From Desulfatiglandales bacterium (GTDB lineage: Bacteria; Desulfobacterota; DSM-4660; Desulfatiglandales; Desulfatiglandaceae): a DNA stretch of 64,000 nucleotides. A program made the position numbers and the translations under genes. This document shows, in pieces, positions 29,399 to 40,452 of the stretch (positions are counted from its first letter, which is position 1; each line of letters starts with the position of its first letter). A model generated the notes under the pieces. The model searched no databases, had not been told where the DNA came from, and saw nothing but the letters and a program-made list of their open reading frames with translations. The DNA lies in the NCBI GenBank assembly GCA_963662465.1, contig OY759599.1, forward strand, positions 5,472,001 through 5,536,000, read 5' to 3'.

Positions 29399-30007
29399 AT
29401 GTTAATACCCATGGTGATCGAGCAATCAAGCCGCGGCGAAAGAGCGTTTGATATTTATTCCCGATTGTTGAAAGATCGCATTATTTTTATTACGGATCAG
29501 ATAGCGGATCCAATGGCCAATACCATTATTGCACAGTTGCTTTTTCTGGAGTCGGAAGATCCGGACAAAGATATCCATATGTACATCAACTCCCCCGGCG
29601 GTTCCGTTACCGCCGGCATGGCCATCTATGACACCATGCAGTATATCAAGCCTGATGTGGCGACCATCTGTATGGGACAAACCGCCAGTATGGCGGCGCT
29701 GCTGCTGGCGGCGGGCGCCAAGGATAAGCGCTATGCCCTCCCCAATTCCAGAATCATGATTCACCAGCCGATGGGGGGCGCCCAGGGGCAGGCGACGGAT
29801 ATCGATATTCACGCCAGGGAAATCCTCAAAACCAGAGAGAGCCTCAATCGGATTCTTGCCGACCATACGGGCACGGACATCAAAAGAATCCGGAAAGATA
29901 CGGAGCGGGACTTTTTTATGGATGCCGGGCAGGCCAAAGAATATGGCATTATTGATAAAGTTATCCATAAAAGAGAAATCAAAGATCAGTTAACCGACAA
30001 ACAATAG
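29399..30007 (+). CDS. clpP: ATP-dependent Clp protease proteolytic subunit
   Basis: [28 protein letters not shown]. Confidence 0.98.
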   Translation: MLIPMVIEQSSRGERAFDIYSRLLKDRIIFITDQIADPMANTIIAQLLFLESEDPDKDIHMYINSPGGSVTAGMAIYDTMQYIKPDVATICMGQTASMAALLLAAGAKDKRYALPNSRIMIHQPMGGAQGQATDIDIHAREILKTRESLNRILADHTGTDIKRIRKDTERDFFMDAGQAKEYGIIDKVIHKREIKDQLTDKQ

Positions 30008-30018
30008 GAAAGAGGGTT

Positions 30019-31266
30019 ATGGGCAAGAACGACATTACCAACGATGACTTGCTGTGTTCATTCTGTGGAAAGAGCCAGGATGAGGTGAAAAAACTCATTG
30101 CAGGCCCTTCGGTATATATTTGCGACGAATGTATCCAGCTTTGCAACGAAATTATCGCCGAAGAATATAACCAGGAGGATGAAGAAGAGGGTCCCCAGCT
30201 TTTAAAGCCCGTCGATATCAAGGAAACGCTGGACCAGTACGTCATTGAACAGGACAAAGCCAAAAAGATCCTGTCGGTCGCCGTTCACAACCACTACAAG
30301 AGAATCAACACCAAAGTGGATATGGAAGGGGTCGAGATTGAAAAGAGCAATATTCTGCTCATTGGTCCGACAGGGTCGGGGAAAACCCTTCTCGCACAGA
30401 CCCTTGCCAGGATATTGAAGGTTCCCTTTACCATAGCGGACGCCACGACCTTGACGGAGGCCGGCTATGTGGGCGAGGACGTGGAAAACATTATTTTAAA
30501 CCTGGTCCAGATGGCGGATTACGATGTGGAATCAGCGTGCAAGGGCATTGTGTATATCGATGAAATCGATAAAATCGCACGAAAGTCGGACAGTCCATCT
30601 ATTACGAGAGATGTTTCCGGTGAAGGGGTGCAGCAAGCACTGCTGAAAATCATTGAGGGCACCATGGCCAATGTTCCGCCCAAGGGGGGGAGAAAACACC
30701 CGCAGCAGGACTTTGTCAAGGTAGACACCAGCAATATTTTGTTTATCTGCGGCGGCACCTTTAACGGCATGGACAGGATCATTCGGAACCGCATCGGCAG
30801 CAAATTAATGGGATTCGAGGCGGACATCAAGGGGAAGGGCGATGTGGATATCAATGAAATTATGGGCCTCGTTCAGCCGGAAGATTTGATCAAGTTTGGT
30901 CTGATCCCTGAATTTATCGGTCGGATACCCATTGTGACCACCTTATCCGAACTTAGTCTGGATGCCCTTGTCCGTATCCTTACGGAACCCAAAAACGCTC
31001 TAATCAAACAGTATAAAAAACTGTTTGAGCTGGAAGACGTGGAGCTGAAATTTACGGAAGGCGTTCTGACGGCCGTGGCCGAAGCGGCGCTCAAACGAAA
31101 ATCGGGGGCCAGAGGCCTGCGAGCGGTTCTTGAATCCCTGATGTTGGAAATTATGTATGATATTCCTTCGATTCCGGAAATTCAGGAGTGTATCATCAAT
31201 GAAGATGTCATCACCAAAGGTGCTCCTCCTTTGCTAGTTTATGAAAACCAAGCCAAATTTGGATAA
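30019..31266 (+). CDS. clpX: Clp protease ATP-binding subunit ClpX
   Basis: CSFCGK Zn finger, [20 protein letters not shown]. Confidence 0.98.
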   Translation: MGKNDITNDDLLCSFCGKSQDEVKKLIAGPSVYICDECIQLCNEIIAEEYNQEDEEEGPQLLKPVDIKETLDQYVIEQDKAKKILSVAVHNHYKRINTKVDMEGVEIEKSNILLIGPTGSGKTLLAQTLARILKVPFTIADATTLTEAGYVGEDVENIILNLVQMADYDVESACKGIVYIDEIDKIARKSDSPSITRDVSGEGVQQALLKIIEGTMANVPPKGGRKHPQQDFVKVDTSNILFICGGTFNGMDRIIRNRIGSKLMGFEADIKGKGDVDINEIMGLVQPEDLIKFGLIPEFIGRIPIVTTLSELSLDALVRILTEPKNALIKQYKKLFELEDVELKFTEGVLTAVAEAALKRKSGARGLRAVLESLMLEIMYDIPSIPEIQECIINEDVITKGAPPLLVYENQAKFG

Positions 31267-31270
31267 AAAA

Positions 31271-33730
31271 ATGCTAAATGCCATAAAGAAAGATATTCGA
31301 GATAGAATTGCCGTTGATGAGAAGTTTTACTACCCGCTTCTTCCCTTAAGGGATGTGGTGGTTTTTCCCAATGTGGTTGTGCCCCTGTTTGTGGGACGTG
31401 AAAAGTCCATCAGAGCGCTTGAATATGCGCTTTCCCATGAAAAAGAGGTCTTTTTATCGGCCCAGGCGGATGCCAACGTGGACGACCCGACGCCAAGGGA
31501 TATCTATTCTTTTGGGACGCTGGGTACGGTCCTTCAACTGCTCAAACTGCCTGACGGTACCGTCAAAGCCCTTATTGAAGGGAAAGAGCGGGGCAAAATA
31601 GACAACTTCATGGACAAACAGGGTTTTTTCATGGTTGAGGTCAGCAAAGTCGAGTCGGTTGTTGTCTCCAACATGGAAACGGAAGCCCTGGTGCGCACCA
31701 TCAGTAGCAGCTTTGATGAATATGCAAAACTGAATACGAAAATCGGCAAGGAAATTGTTTCAGCCGTGATTGCGATTGAAGATCCCGGGCGTCTGGCTGA
31801 TACCATTGCCGGTCATTTAGCATTGAAAGTTGCGGAAAAACAGGGAATTCTGGAAACCATCGACCCCAACAAAAGGCTTGAAAGGCTTTATGGCGAATTA
31901 GAAAATGAGGTGGACATCCTTCGCCTGGAACAACGGTTGCGGTCACGGGTCAAAAAGCAGATGGAGAAGACCCAAAAAGATTATTATCTGAACGAACAGA
32001 TTCGCGCCATTCAAAAAGAAATGGGGACCAAGGACGATTTCAAGGCTGAACTCGCGGATCTGGAAAAGAAAATTAAACGAAAAAGAGTTTCCAAGGAAGC
32101 CCATCTGCGCATACGGCAGGAATTTAAAAAACTGAAGATGATGTCCCCCATGTCGGCGGAAGCCTCGGTGGTGCGTAATTATATTGATTGGATTATTGAC
32201 TTGCCATGGTTTGACAAGAGCCGGAGCAAATTTAATATTGCCGAAGCAGAGACCATCTTGAACGAGGATCATTATGGGCTTGAAAAACCCAAAGAGCGGA
32301 TTTTGGAGTATCTGGCCGTTCAGCGCCTGACAAAAAAAATGAGAGGACCCATTCTTTGCTTGGTGGGACCTCCCGGTGTCGGTAAAACGTCCCTGGCAAA
32401 GTCCGTGGCCCGGGCGACAGGACGGCATTATGTGCGTCTCTCCCTCGGGGGGGTTCGGGATGAAGCCGAGATCAGGGGCCACAGGCGAACCTATATCGGA
32501 GCGCTTCCGGGAAAAATTATCCAGTTTCTGAAAAAGGCGAAATCCAACAATCCCGTGTTTTGCCTGGATGAAGTGGATAAGATGAGTACTGATTTCAGGG
32601 GGGATCCATCCTCTGCGTTACTGGAAGTGCTGGATCCGGAACAGAACGTGGCTTTTAACGATCATTACCTGGACCTGGACTATGATCTCTCGGACGTTTT
32701 TTTTATTACCACCGCCAATAATCTGCATAATATTCCAATTCCCTTGCAGGACAGGATGGAGATTATCCGGTTGGCCGGCTATACGGAAATTGAAAAATTA
32801 AATATTGCAAAACAGTTTTTGGTCAAGAAACAGATTGAACAAAACGGCCTTGATCCGGAAAATATTGCTTTTACCGACAAGGCGATTTTGACCATTATCC
32901 GAACCTATACCGGCGAAGCGGGCGTTCGGAATCTTGAGCGTGAGATTTCATCCATTTGTCGAAAAGTAGCCAAAGAGGTGGTTCTGAACGGGGAAAGCAC
33001 CAAGATCAACGTCAAAACCCAGTCCCTTCAGAAATACCTGGGCGTCCCCAAGTACCGTTACGGCAGAACCGAGCAAAAAGACAGTGTCGGTGTTACCACG
33101 GGGTTGGCATGGACGGAGTTTGGTGGAGAATTGCTTCAGACGGAAGTGACGGTCATGCCGGGGAAGGGCAAGTTATCCCTCACCGGCAAACTGGGAGAGG
33201 TTATGCAGGAATCGGCCCAGGCTGCCTTGAGCTATGTTCGTTCAAAGGCAAGGGCGCTCAAGTTGCCGGATGACTTTTATGAAAAAGTTGATATTCATGT
33301 CCATGTTCCCGAGGGCGCCACTCCCAAGGACGGGCCGTCGGCGGGCATTACGCTGGCCACATCCATCGTTTCGGCTTTGATGGGGTATCCTGTTCGTTGC
33401 AACCTTGCCATGACGGGTGAAATAACCCTGCGGGGAAGAGTACTTCCCATCGGAGGCCTCAAAGAGAAGATTCTTGCCGCACATCGTGGCGGGGTTACCA
33501 AGGTGTTGATTCCCATGGAAAACAAAAAGGACATCGCGGAAATACCCAAGAGGATTTTGCGGAAGGTTGAGCTGGTCCTTGTTGAGCATGCGGATGATGT
33601 ATTGACGGAAGCCCTGATACTGGAGGCCGGCCAGGAACTGTTTGCATCTGAAGGGGACATTCAGCCCTTTTGCTTCAACAACATCGTTAAACCTGAAAAA
33701 GGAGTTGAAGCGGGTTTTATTGCACATTGA
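31271..33730 (+). CDS. lon: Endopeptidase La (LonA); start 31271 or 31241
   Basis: [34 protein letters not shown]. Confidence 0.98.
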   Translation: MLNAIKKDIRDRIAVDEKFYYPLLPLRDVVVFPNVVVPLFVGREKSIRALEYALSHEKEVFLSAQADANVDDPTPRDIYSFGTLGTVLQLLKLPDGTVKALIEGKERGKIDNFMDKQGFFMVEVSKVESVVVSNMETEALVRTISSSFDEYAKLNTKIGKEIVSAVIAIEDPGRLADTIAGHLALKVAEKQGILETIDPNKRLERLYGELENEVDILRLEQRLRSRVKKQMEKTQKDYYLNEQIRAIQKEMGTKDDFKAELADLEKKIKRKRVSKEAHLRIRQEFKKLKMMSPMSAEASVVRNYIDWIIDLPWFDKSRSKFNIAEAETILNEDHYGLEKPKERILEYLAVQRLTKKMRGPILCLVGPPGVGKTSLAKSVARATGRHYVRLSLGGVRDEAEIRGHRRTYIGALPGKIIQFLKKAKSNNPVFCLDEVDKMSTDFRGDPSSALLEVLDPEQNVAFNDHYLDLDYDLSDVFFITTANNLHNIPIPLQDRMEIIRLAGYTEIEKLNIAKQFLVKKQIEQNGLDPENIAFTDKAILTIIRTYTGEAGVRNLEREISSICRKVAKEVVLNGESTKINVKTQSLQKYLGVPKYRYGRTEQKDSVGVTTGLAWTEFGGELLQTEVTVMPGKGKLSLTGKLGEVMQESAQAALSYVRSKARALKLPDDFYEKVDIHVHVPEGATPKDGPSAGITLATSIVSALMGYPVRCNLAMTGEITLRGRVLPIGGLKEKILAAHRGGVTKVLIPMENKKDIAEIPKRILRKVELVLVEHADDVLTEALILEAGQELFASEGDIQPFCFNNIVKPEKGVEAGFIAH

Positions 33731-33744
33731 TTGTAAAATATTTC

Positions 33745-33773
33745 TTGACAGTACTGTCTGAACCTGCTATGTT
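33745..33773 (+). promoter_or_regulatory. Sigma70 promoter of the tRNA-Val/Asp operon
   Basis: TTGACA-17nt-TATGTT with an extended -10 TG, ~20 nt before tRNA-Val. Confidence 0.7.
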
Positions 33774-33794
33774 TCTTTAACTGAGCTTTGGTTC

Positions 33795-33869
33795 AGGCGG
33801 GTAGCTCAGTGGGAGAGCATCGGCCTTACAAGCCGGGGGTCACGGGTTCAAATCCCGTTCCGCCTACCA
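33795..33869 (+). tRNA. tRNA-Val(TAC)
   Basis: AGGCGGG..TCGGC-CTTACAA-GCCGG..GGTTCAAATCC..CCGCCTACCA. Confidence 0.97.
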
Positions 33870-33933
33870 CTTAAAACAGGATGATGCTGAAAGGATTTAC
33901 CGGCCGCTCAAAAAGAGGTCGTTTAAATAATGC

Positions 33934-34012
33934 GGGGGCGTAGTTCAGCTCTGGTTAGAACGCCGGCCTGTCACGCCGGAGGTCGCGAGTTCGAGTCTCG
34001 TCGTCCCCGCCA
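33934..34012 (+). tRNA. tRNA-Asp(GTC)
   Basis: GGGGGCG..CCGGC-CTGTCAC-GCCGG..GTTCGAGTC..CGTCCCCGCCA. Confidence 0.97.
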
Positions 34013-34022
34013 GAATAAATTC

Positions 34023-34057
34023 AAGGGGTTACGTCAAAAACGTAGCCCCTTTTTTGT
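34023..34057 (+). terminator. Intrinsic terminator after tRNA-Asp
   Basis: AAGGGGTTACG-N7-CGTAGCCCCTT followed by TTTTG. Confidence 0.8.
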
Positions 34058-34222
34058 GACTTAAATTCCCATACCCCACAAAACCGGCCACCCGATACCT
34101 GGCAAGTGCCCACCATGTTCCTAAAACAGATTTCGGGAACCTTCCCGGCAAAATAAAAGTTGTTCCTGACTTTCCCCCATGGTAGAATTCGGCATATCCA
34201 TTTCAAGAGAGAGGTTCATCAT

Positions 34223-34507
34223 ATGGCCACCACCATTACGTTTGATACGCTGGCTTTTGTAAAACAATTAAAATCCGCTGGGTTCAATGACAATCAAGCT
34301 GAAATTCAAGCGCAGGCAATCAATCAAGCGTTGTCTGACTTCCAAAACAATCGCTTAAATGAACTGTCCACAAAAGCGGATCTGTTTACAGTGGAAGCCA
34401 AATTACAAACAGAAATCGCTAAAGCCAAATCTGAAACCATCAAATGGGTTGCCGGTATGCTGGTTGTCCAAGCTGGTGTTGTCGCCGCTCTGGTTAAGCT
34501 TCTGTAG
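34223..34507 (+). CDS. DUF1640/CCDC90-like protein (intact paralogue of 4034-4315)
   Basis: FDTLAFVKQL.SAGF...QAE, LSTKADL, IKWVAGML..LVKLL. Confidence 0.88.
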   Translation: MATTITFDTLAFVKQLKSAGFNDNQAEIQAQAINQALSDFQNNRLNELSTKADLFTVEAKLQTEIAKAKSETIKWVAGMLVVQAGVVAALVKLL

Positions 34508-34885
34508 GATTATCTCCCGATCGTTGCACACCACCCATGGGCTTAAACTAGGGCGTCTAAATTGGCCCTCGACCGTTAGGAACGTGCAGGAAATAAGCCC
34601 CACATATTTACCTGTAATTCAAAAAAATATTCAGAGACAATCTCTCTAACCTAAAAAAACTGATAGGAAGTCTCAAAATCGCTGGAATTTGATCAAAAAA
34701 TCGCCAAAACTGCCTCCATTACAAACAGTTGTCTTCTTCTATCATTTGTTTCTCAAGCCTGTTGATTAAATCCTTCTATGCTTTTATTGGGACAGCCCTA
34801 TAGTTCCATTTACCTAATTTTTCATCGAATTTTATCTTCATGTCTTCTTTATAATTCTCAGCGTATTTTTTTCCGGTTTTATAGA

Positions 34886-34980
34886 CACATTCCCGCCTTT
34901 GCCCTCGCCGGGTGTTACGCTGGTGTTGATGTCGCTGTTGTGGGTCAACTTAATCTCCTCGCCGGTAATGTTGGTACTCC
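34886..34980 (-). pseudogene. Short remnant of a third TpsA gene (C-terminal segment)
   Basis: cacattcccgcctttgccctcgcc..gctgttgtgggtcaa..ccggtaatgttg aligns with ~43934-44030 and ~52234-52330. Confidence 0.8.
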
Positions 34981-35409
34981 AAACATGGGGCGATATTTGT
35001 TTGGATTTTACTGTTATCTTCTGTGTTTATAGTGGATACCGAGCCGGTATTTCGGGCATCGTGACGGAACATGGGGCCATGGACTCTGACCCAGCCCGCT
35101 CGAATCGTCAGATCGAAAAAGCTATGATATCACAAAATCAATAGGCTTGAACGATCGTTGAGATTGATCCCGTTTCTCAAATCATGGTTGTGAGAATATC
35201 CCAATTGTCATTTCACCACCAACGTACTCTTATCCGTTACCCAATAGTAACCATGCGGGTCATGGGGGTTATCATAAAATTTTAGGGTGAATCCATCCGC
35301 TGTCCCGTTGTAGGAAACGCATTCCATTGGTATGCTGAGGTCTGCTCCAACGGGGAGGCAGTGCGATCCTGCTCCATTCGTCAGGGTGGGCATAAGCAGT
35401 TTCCAGTAA

Positions 35410-36823
35410 GGGAATTCCCAAGAAATAACCTACGCATTATTTCAAACATAATGTTATCCTGAAAAGATAAATGCATCAGAATCTTTATTTGCATTGAAAC
35501 GCAATTTAAAAAAATGAGGGGACAAAAATTGAAGGAGGTGGTATGAGCATAATGTATGAAAGACATGAAATTCATACATTGAAAAAAGTAACGGGTAAAA
35601 AGAATGAACGGAGAAACAAAAAATCTGATAAAAGATGCATGCAGACGACTGACTGGTTACAAAAGAAGAGCATATCAGGCCGACATTACCAGGAAATATT
35701 TCAACGGGAGTGCATACAAAGCTGAACGGGAGATGGGATGGGGGAGAGAGTGTGTAACAAAAGGCCTTAAAGAAGCCGAAAGCGGGATCAGATGCATGGA
35801 TAATTTTGAGGGACGGGGAAAAAAGAAAACAGAAGACACGATTCCCGGTATTAAAGCAGACATAATATCCCTTGCAGAACCTCAAACTCAGGCGGACCCT
35901 GCCATGAAAAGCTCTATCACATATACAAGAATTACAGGAAAAGCTCTCAAAAAGGCACTGATTGATGAGAAAGGATACGACGGTGAGGATCTTCCCTCTA
36001 ACAACACTCTGATCAACATGTTGAACCGCATGGGATACAACCTGAAACGAGTCCTGAAATCCAAACCTGCGAAAAAGATAAAACAGGTCGATGAAATATT
36101 TGAAAATGTATGGAAGGCAAACCGTGACTCTGATGAGAATCCCAACTCTCATCGGATTTCTATTGATGCCAAGGCAAAAGTGAATATAGGCGAGTTCTCA
36201 AGAAACGGAAAGTCACGGGATCGGGAAGCGAAGAAAGCTGAAGACCATGATATGAATCCCGAAATGAAATTGGTTCCGTACGGTATTCTTGACGTTTTGA
36301 GCGGAATGCTTTCTATTTTTTTCGGCACATCTTTTGAAACAAGTGATTTCATCGTTGACTGTTTAGAGATGTGGTGGGAAAAAAACAGAATTACCTATCT
36401 TCATATAAACGAGTTGGTTATCAATCTTGACAATGGTCCGAATTCAGCAAGCGGTCGGACTCAATTCATTCGCAGAATGACCGAATTCAGTGACAAAACA
36501 GGTTTGCGAATCCGCCTGGTTTATTATCCTCCCTATCATAGTAAGTACAATCCGGTTGAAAGATGTTGGGGAATATTGGAGGGACATTGGAACGGAGAAA
36601 TATTGGATTCAATATCAAAAGCAGTCAATTGGGCATCTACGATGACATGGAAAGGGATAAAGCCCATTGTCACGTTGGTGGAAAAGGCATATAAGAAGGG
36701 AATCCGGCTTACAAAAAAAGAAATGAAACCTTACGAAAACAGAATTAAACGTTCCGACACACTGCCCAAATGGGATGTACTTATTGAATCTGGAGTTGGG
36801 TAGTTTATTTCTTGGGAATTCCC
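35410..36823 (+). mobile_element. Complete ISAzo13-family insertion sequence (1414 bp)
   Basis: TIR GGGAATTCCCAAGAAATAA(C/A)CTAC at both ends; 3-bp TAA target duplication at 35407-35409 and 36824-36826. Confidence 0.95.
35604..36803 (+). CDS. ISAzo13-family DDE transposase
   Basis: RISIDAKAKV.IG.FSR.G, ETSDFIVD, INLDNGP, YYPPYHSKYNPVERCWG. Confidence 0.93.
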   Translation: MNGETKNLIKDACRRLTGYKRRAYQADITRKYFNGSAYKAEREMGWGRECVTKGLKEAESGIRCMDNFEGRGKKKTEDTIPGIKADIISLAEPQTQADPAMKSSITYTRITGKALKKALIDEKGYDGEDLPSNNTLINMLNRMGYNLKRVLKSKPAKKIKQVDEIFENVWKANRDSDENPNSHRISIDAKAKVNIGEFSRNGKSRDREAKKAEDHDMNPEMKLVPYGILDVLSGMLSIFFGTSFETSDFIVDCLEMWWEKNRITYLHINELVINLDNGPNSASGRTQFIRRMTEFSDKTGLRIRLVYYPPYHSKYNPVERCWGILEGHWNGEILDSISKAVNWASTMTWKGIKPIVTLVEKAYKKGIRLTKKEMKPYENRIKRSDTLPKWDVLIESGVG

Positions 36824-36997
36824 TAAAAACCGGAAGGATCGTTCGGATGGTGATAAGAAGCCAGGATAAAGCCATACCGATTGCCGTCATATTCGGCGCA
36901 AGGAATATCAATCCACAAACCAGCACCGACAGCAATACAAGGGTTGAAAACCTGTATGCGATTGTTAACGGGATCAACAACGTATATTTTACCATTG

Positions 36998-37429
36998 TCA
37001 CTCACAGCAATTCCATATGGCCAGTTCACCAAACCCGGGTCGAAGCCGTATCCGCAAAATTCTATCAAAATGCTTATTGTTATGTGTCACGAGAACCCAA
37101 TTATGTGCTAACACTGTTCCGGCTATTAAAATATCAATATCATCAATTGGCATTCCTCTTTTTCGCAGTTTTGCATAAATCTCGGCAGAAATCATGACAG
37201 CCTTTTCAGTCAGGGGAATTATGTTGTTATGCGATGCAAATTCCAAGAAAGATGATAACTGCTTCTTTGTATCCCGATGCTTCAATCCACTAATGATTTC
37301 GTAATGGGTAATGATACTGAAGTTGATTTTGTTATGCTCTTCTTGATAGATGTCGAAATGGGAAACAACATTTCGGTTGCCTCGAAAGAACATTGACAAA
37401 ATATCTGTATCAATCAGTACTTGTTTCAT
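36998..37429 (-). pseudogene. VapC (PIN) toxin whose last residues are replaced by read-through into the NHL remnant
   Basis: LIDTDILS, EIISG, D.DILIAGT..LVTHN.KHFDRI; the usual GL..ENW end is absent. Confidence 0.75.
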
Positions 37430-37587
37430 CACCTCTTCTCCCTGAAAAAGCCGAATGACGTCTTTCAGCAATCTCTTCTGTGAATTCTGAAAATACTTTA
37501 TTTGGCATATCTTCCCAACATCCCGCAAAATCCATAATTGATTTGCTTCTGTCTTCGGAAGCTTCAATGCCTAATCTAAAATAATGT
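37410..37587 (-). pseudogene. 3' half of the cognate antitoxin gene; 5' end lost
   Basis: IMDFAGCWEDMP...EEIAERR overlaps the vapC start; upstream DNA is the TpsB remnant. Confidence 0.6.
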
Positions 37588-37699
37588 CGGCTGGGCTGCC
37601 GCCGTAAAAGGAGACCCAAGGGCAAATGCGGTAAACCCCAGCAGACAGATGACGATCACTTTTTTGGATGTTTTTGAGGAAAACGGCAGGTATGGGCAT
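37588..37699 (-). pseudogene. Signal-peptide-only remnant of TpsB (copy A)
   Basis: Aligns with 54210-54320 and ~49106-49216; carries a +1 indel. Confidence 0.85.
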
Positions 37700-37920
37700 A
37701 AAAAAACCTCAACAGATGATTGGCATGCGGGAATCTGAATTGACGATGATCCCTTTTCCTGATATCGTTATTCAATCATTGAAAATAAGGTTGTTTTATC
37801 TACCATGCGGGTTATCAAAATCAATGGGATTTCGGCCAAATAGTTATATTTGTTCTATAACACGGGCAAAATATCCCGGTTTGATGAAATTGAATTTAAT
37901 AGTGAGGAGATTAGGGAACA
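37700..37920. promoter_or_regulatory. Divergent intergenic/promoter module, copy A (copies B ~49217-49402 and C ~54321-54523)
   Basis: Closely similar to 54321-54523; conserved TTGACG-N16/17-TATC(G/A)T at 37740, 49258 and 54361. Confidence 0.8.
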
Positions 37921-40236
37921 ATGCACTTTTCCATCCGTTCAGCAGGATTTTGTTTCGCGGTTATAACCTGCCTCATCCTTACATTTTTTTTGCCGAACGT
38001 CCTTGCACAAGAGGTAATGACGGCACAGGCGTTCTTAAAACAGGGGCGATTGCTTCTCGATCGCGGTGCATTTGAGAAAGCCGTTTCCCGGCTTGAAGCG
38101 GCCGCCCAACAGTTCGCTGATACCGGCAAACAGAAGGAACAGGCCGAAGCCCTAGAGGGCGAGGCTGAAGCATATCAGGCGCTGGGGCGCTACCGGAAAG
38201 CCCTTGACAGCCTCAATATGGCCCTTTCCCTTGTTGAACGTCTGAACGAACCAAAATTAACAGCCCTGATCCTGGGAAGGATGGGGAATAGCGCCTTTTT
38301 TCTGGGGCATACGGATAAGGCCTGGGAACAGCTGCATCAGGGGATGGGGATCGCCCGGGAACTGAAGAACCCGGAGACAATGGCCGTTCTCACGACTTGC
38401 ATGGCAAAGCTCCACGAAATGCAGGGCCATTATGGGCAGGCGGTTTTGCGCTACGAAGAAAGCCTACAAAGCGCCGAAAGCCTGGGTGACCCCCGCCTTT
38501 CGGCAGGCATCATGGCAGATGCCGCATCCGCCTGTATCCTGAATGGGGACCTGAAAAAGGCTCAAAAATTGCTCTCCCAGTCATTTGAAGGGTACTTAAA
38601 ACTCCCCGCTTCCCACCAAAAAAGCTATGATCTGATTCTGATCGGTCGAAGCTATGACAAACTCTCATCCCTTTTGCCGGGGCAAAAAGCCCCTCTCAGG
38701 AAAGAAGCATACCGTGCCCTTCAGGAAGCGGCAGTGACGGCGGAATCCATCGGCGACCGGCGGGCCCTCTCCTATGCCTATGGATACACGGGTGGGTTAT
38801 ACGAGTCGGAAGGCCGCTATGCCGAGGCCCTGGAATGGACCCGAAGAGCCATCTTTGCGGCCCAGGAGATCGACGCCCGGGAATGCCTTTATCTGTGGGA
38901 ATGGCAGACCGGTCGTCTGTTTACGGCAATGGGGAAGATCCCTGAAGCCATCGCCGCCTACAAAACCGCGGTGCAGAGCTTTCAGGCCATACGCGGCGCC
39001 GCATCGGGTACGTGCAAAAATTGCACCCGGCAGGATTTTCAAGCCCGTGGAGGAGCCATCTTTTTTGAGCTGGCTGACCTGTTGCTCACTTATTCCGGTT
39101 CCCTGACGGACAAGGCGGAAATTGAGCCCTACCTTCGAGACGCCAGGGACACCATCGAGATGCTCAAGGTGGTGGAGCTGGAGGACTATTTCGCCGATCC
39201 CTGTGTCACCGGTTCCCAGACCGCCAAGACCCGCCTGGAAGATATCGCGAAAGATGCACTGGTGGTCTATACCATCACCTTCCCGGACCGGCTGGATCTG
39301 TTATTGAGCAGTCAGCACGGCATCGAACGGATCACAGTGTCGGTGGATGCGCAGACCATCAGGCGGGAAACAAACGCCCTCAGGCAAACCCTGGCCAAGC
39401 GGACAACCTGGCAATATCTCCCCCATGCCCAACGGATTTACGACTGGATCATCCGGCCCCTGGAACCCCAGATTGAGAAGTATCATGTCAAAACCCTGAT
39501 TTTTGTGCCTGACGGTCCCCTTCGAACCATCCCCATGGCAGCCCTCCATGACGGCCACGACTTCATCGTTCAAAGGATGGCCGTAGTCACCACCCCCGGA
39601 CTGAATTTAACGGATCCCCGGTCCATCCACCTGAAGGAAAAAAAGATCCTTCTGGCGGGGCTCAGCAAAAGCGCTCAGGGGTTTTCGCCCTTAACGAATG
39701 TGAAACAGGAAATCGACGGGATCGGCAAAATTTATGACGGTCGACGTCTTGAAAACGAGACCTTTCTGACGGCCAATGTGAAAGCGGCCCTGAAAGCCAA
39801 CCCCTACCCCATCGTGCATATCGCCACCCATGGTCAGTTTGCGGGGGAAGGATCGGAAAGCTTTCTTTTAACCTGGGATGACAAGATCCGGATGGATCAA
39901 CTGGACGGGTTCATGAAGCTGAGCCGGTTTCGAAAAGACCCGGTGGAACTGTTAACCTTAAGCGCCTGCCAGACGGCTGCCGGTGATGAACGTGCCGCTC
40001 TCGGTCTGGCCGGAATTGCCGTCAGAGCCGGCGCCAGGAGCGCTCTGGCCACCCTCTGGAACGTGAGCGATCAGGCAGCCTCCCTTCTGATTGTGGAATT
40101 CTACCGTAAACTGAACGACCCCGCGGTTTCCAAGGCCGATGCGCTTCAGGCGGCACAAATCATGCTTCTGAAATCGGGACAGTACCGCCATCCGTTTTAT
40201 TGGTCGCCGTATCTGTTGATTGGGAACTGGCTGTAG
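37921..40236 (+). CDS. Exported TPR-CHAT (caspase HetF-associated) protease
   Basis: N-terminal signal peptide (..VLA|QE), TPR helices, FVPDGPL..IPMAAL, HIATHG (His), LSACQTA (Cys), ATLWNV.D, HPFYWSPYLLIGNW. Confidence 0.93.
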   Translation: MHFSIRSAGFCFAVITCLILTFFLPNVLAQEVMTAQAFLKQGRLLLDRGAFEKAVSRLEAAAQQFADTGKQKEQAEALEGEAEAYQALGRYRKALDSLNMALSLVERLNEPKLTALILGRMGNSAFFLGHTDKAWEQLHQGMGIARELKNPETMAVLTTCMAKLHEMQGHYGQAVLRYEESLQSAESLGDPRLSAGIMADAASACILNGDLKKAQKLLSQSFEGYLKLPASHQKSYDLILIGRSYDKLSSLLPGQKAPLRKEAYRALQEAAVTAESIGDRRALSYAYGYTGGLYESEGRYAEALEWTRRAIFAAQEIDARECLYLWEWQTGRLFTAMGKIPEAIAAYKTAVQSFQAIRGAASGTCKNCTRQDFQARGGAIFFELADLLLTYSGSLTDKAEIEPYLRDARDTIEMLKVVELEDYFADPCVTGSQTAKTRLEDIAKDALVVYTITFPDRLDLLLSSQHGIERITVSVDAQTIRRETNALRQTLAKRTTWQYLPHAQRIYDWIIRPLEPQIEKYHVKTLIFVPDGPLRTIPMAALHDGHDFIVQRMAVVTTPGLNLTDPRSIHLKEKKILLAGLSKSAQGFSPLTNVKQEIDGIGKIYDGRRLENETFLTANVKAALKANPYPIVHIATHGQFAGEGSESFLLTWDDKIRMDQLDGFMKLSRFRKDPVELLTLSACQTAAGDERAALGLAGIAVRAGARSALATLWNVSDQAASLLIVEFYRKLNDPAVSKADALQAAQIMLLKSGQYRHPFYWSPYLLIGNWL

Positions 40237-40452
40237 CAGGGGAGAAGCTATAATCAAGCGACAACGTAAAAGGGTTGCAGTTTGAGATGAAATAAAAAAG
40301 GACATTTAAAAGTCCTGGGTTCAAAGCCTTTCCGGTTCATGAGTGCGGCGCTGCCTTCATCAGTTTGTGACAGCACATAGAGTCCCGCTGAGAATAATGG
40401 TTGTGGATACTTCACCAAATGAGCCGGTTTTTGAGTTGGCTGGAGGTAGGTT

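Larger units (their letters stand above)
35208..37060 (-). pseudogene. NHL-repeat protein with a duplicated Cys-containing C-terminal domain, split by ISAzo13 and 5'-truncated
   Basis: WPYGIAVSDNGKIYVVD..NNRIQVF (NHL); removing the IS and one TAA restores DPSGF-YWKLLMPTL; the motif C..VG..L.I..C..Y.G..GF.L..P.DP.G.YW occurs twice. Confidence 0.8.

Noticed and set aside
23108..29968. Long antisense ORFs (e.g. 23108-23911, 24407-25396, 27944-28681, 29426-29968)
   Set aside because: They are shadows of well-supported genes on the opposite strand
34510..34880. Possible IS-end remnants in AT-rich DNA
   Set aside because: No matching inverted repeat or transposase fragment was recognisable
37921..40236. 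CRISPR-associated (Craspase-type) or cytoplasmic anti-phage CHAT protease
   Set aside because: It has a signal peptide, and there are no cas or gasdermin-like genes nearby
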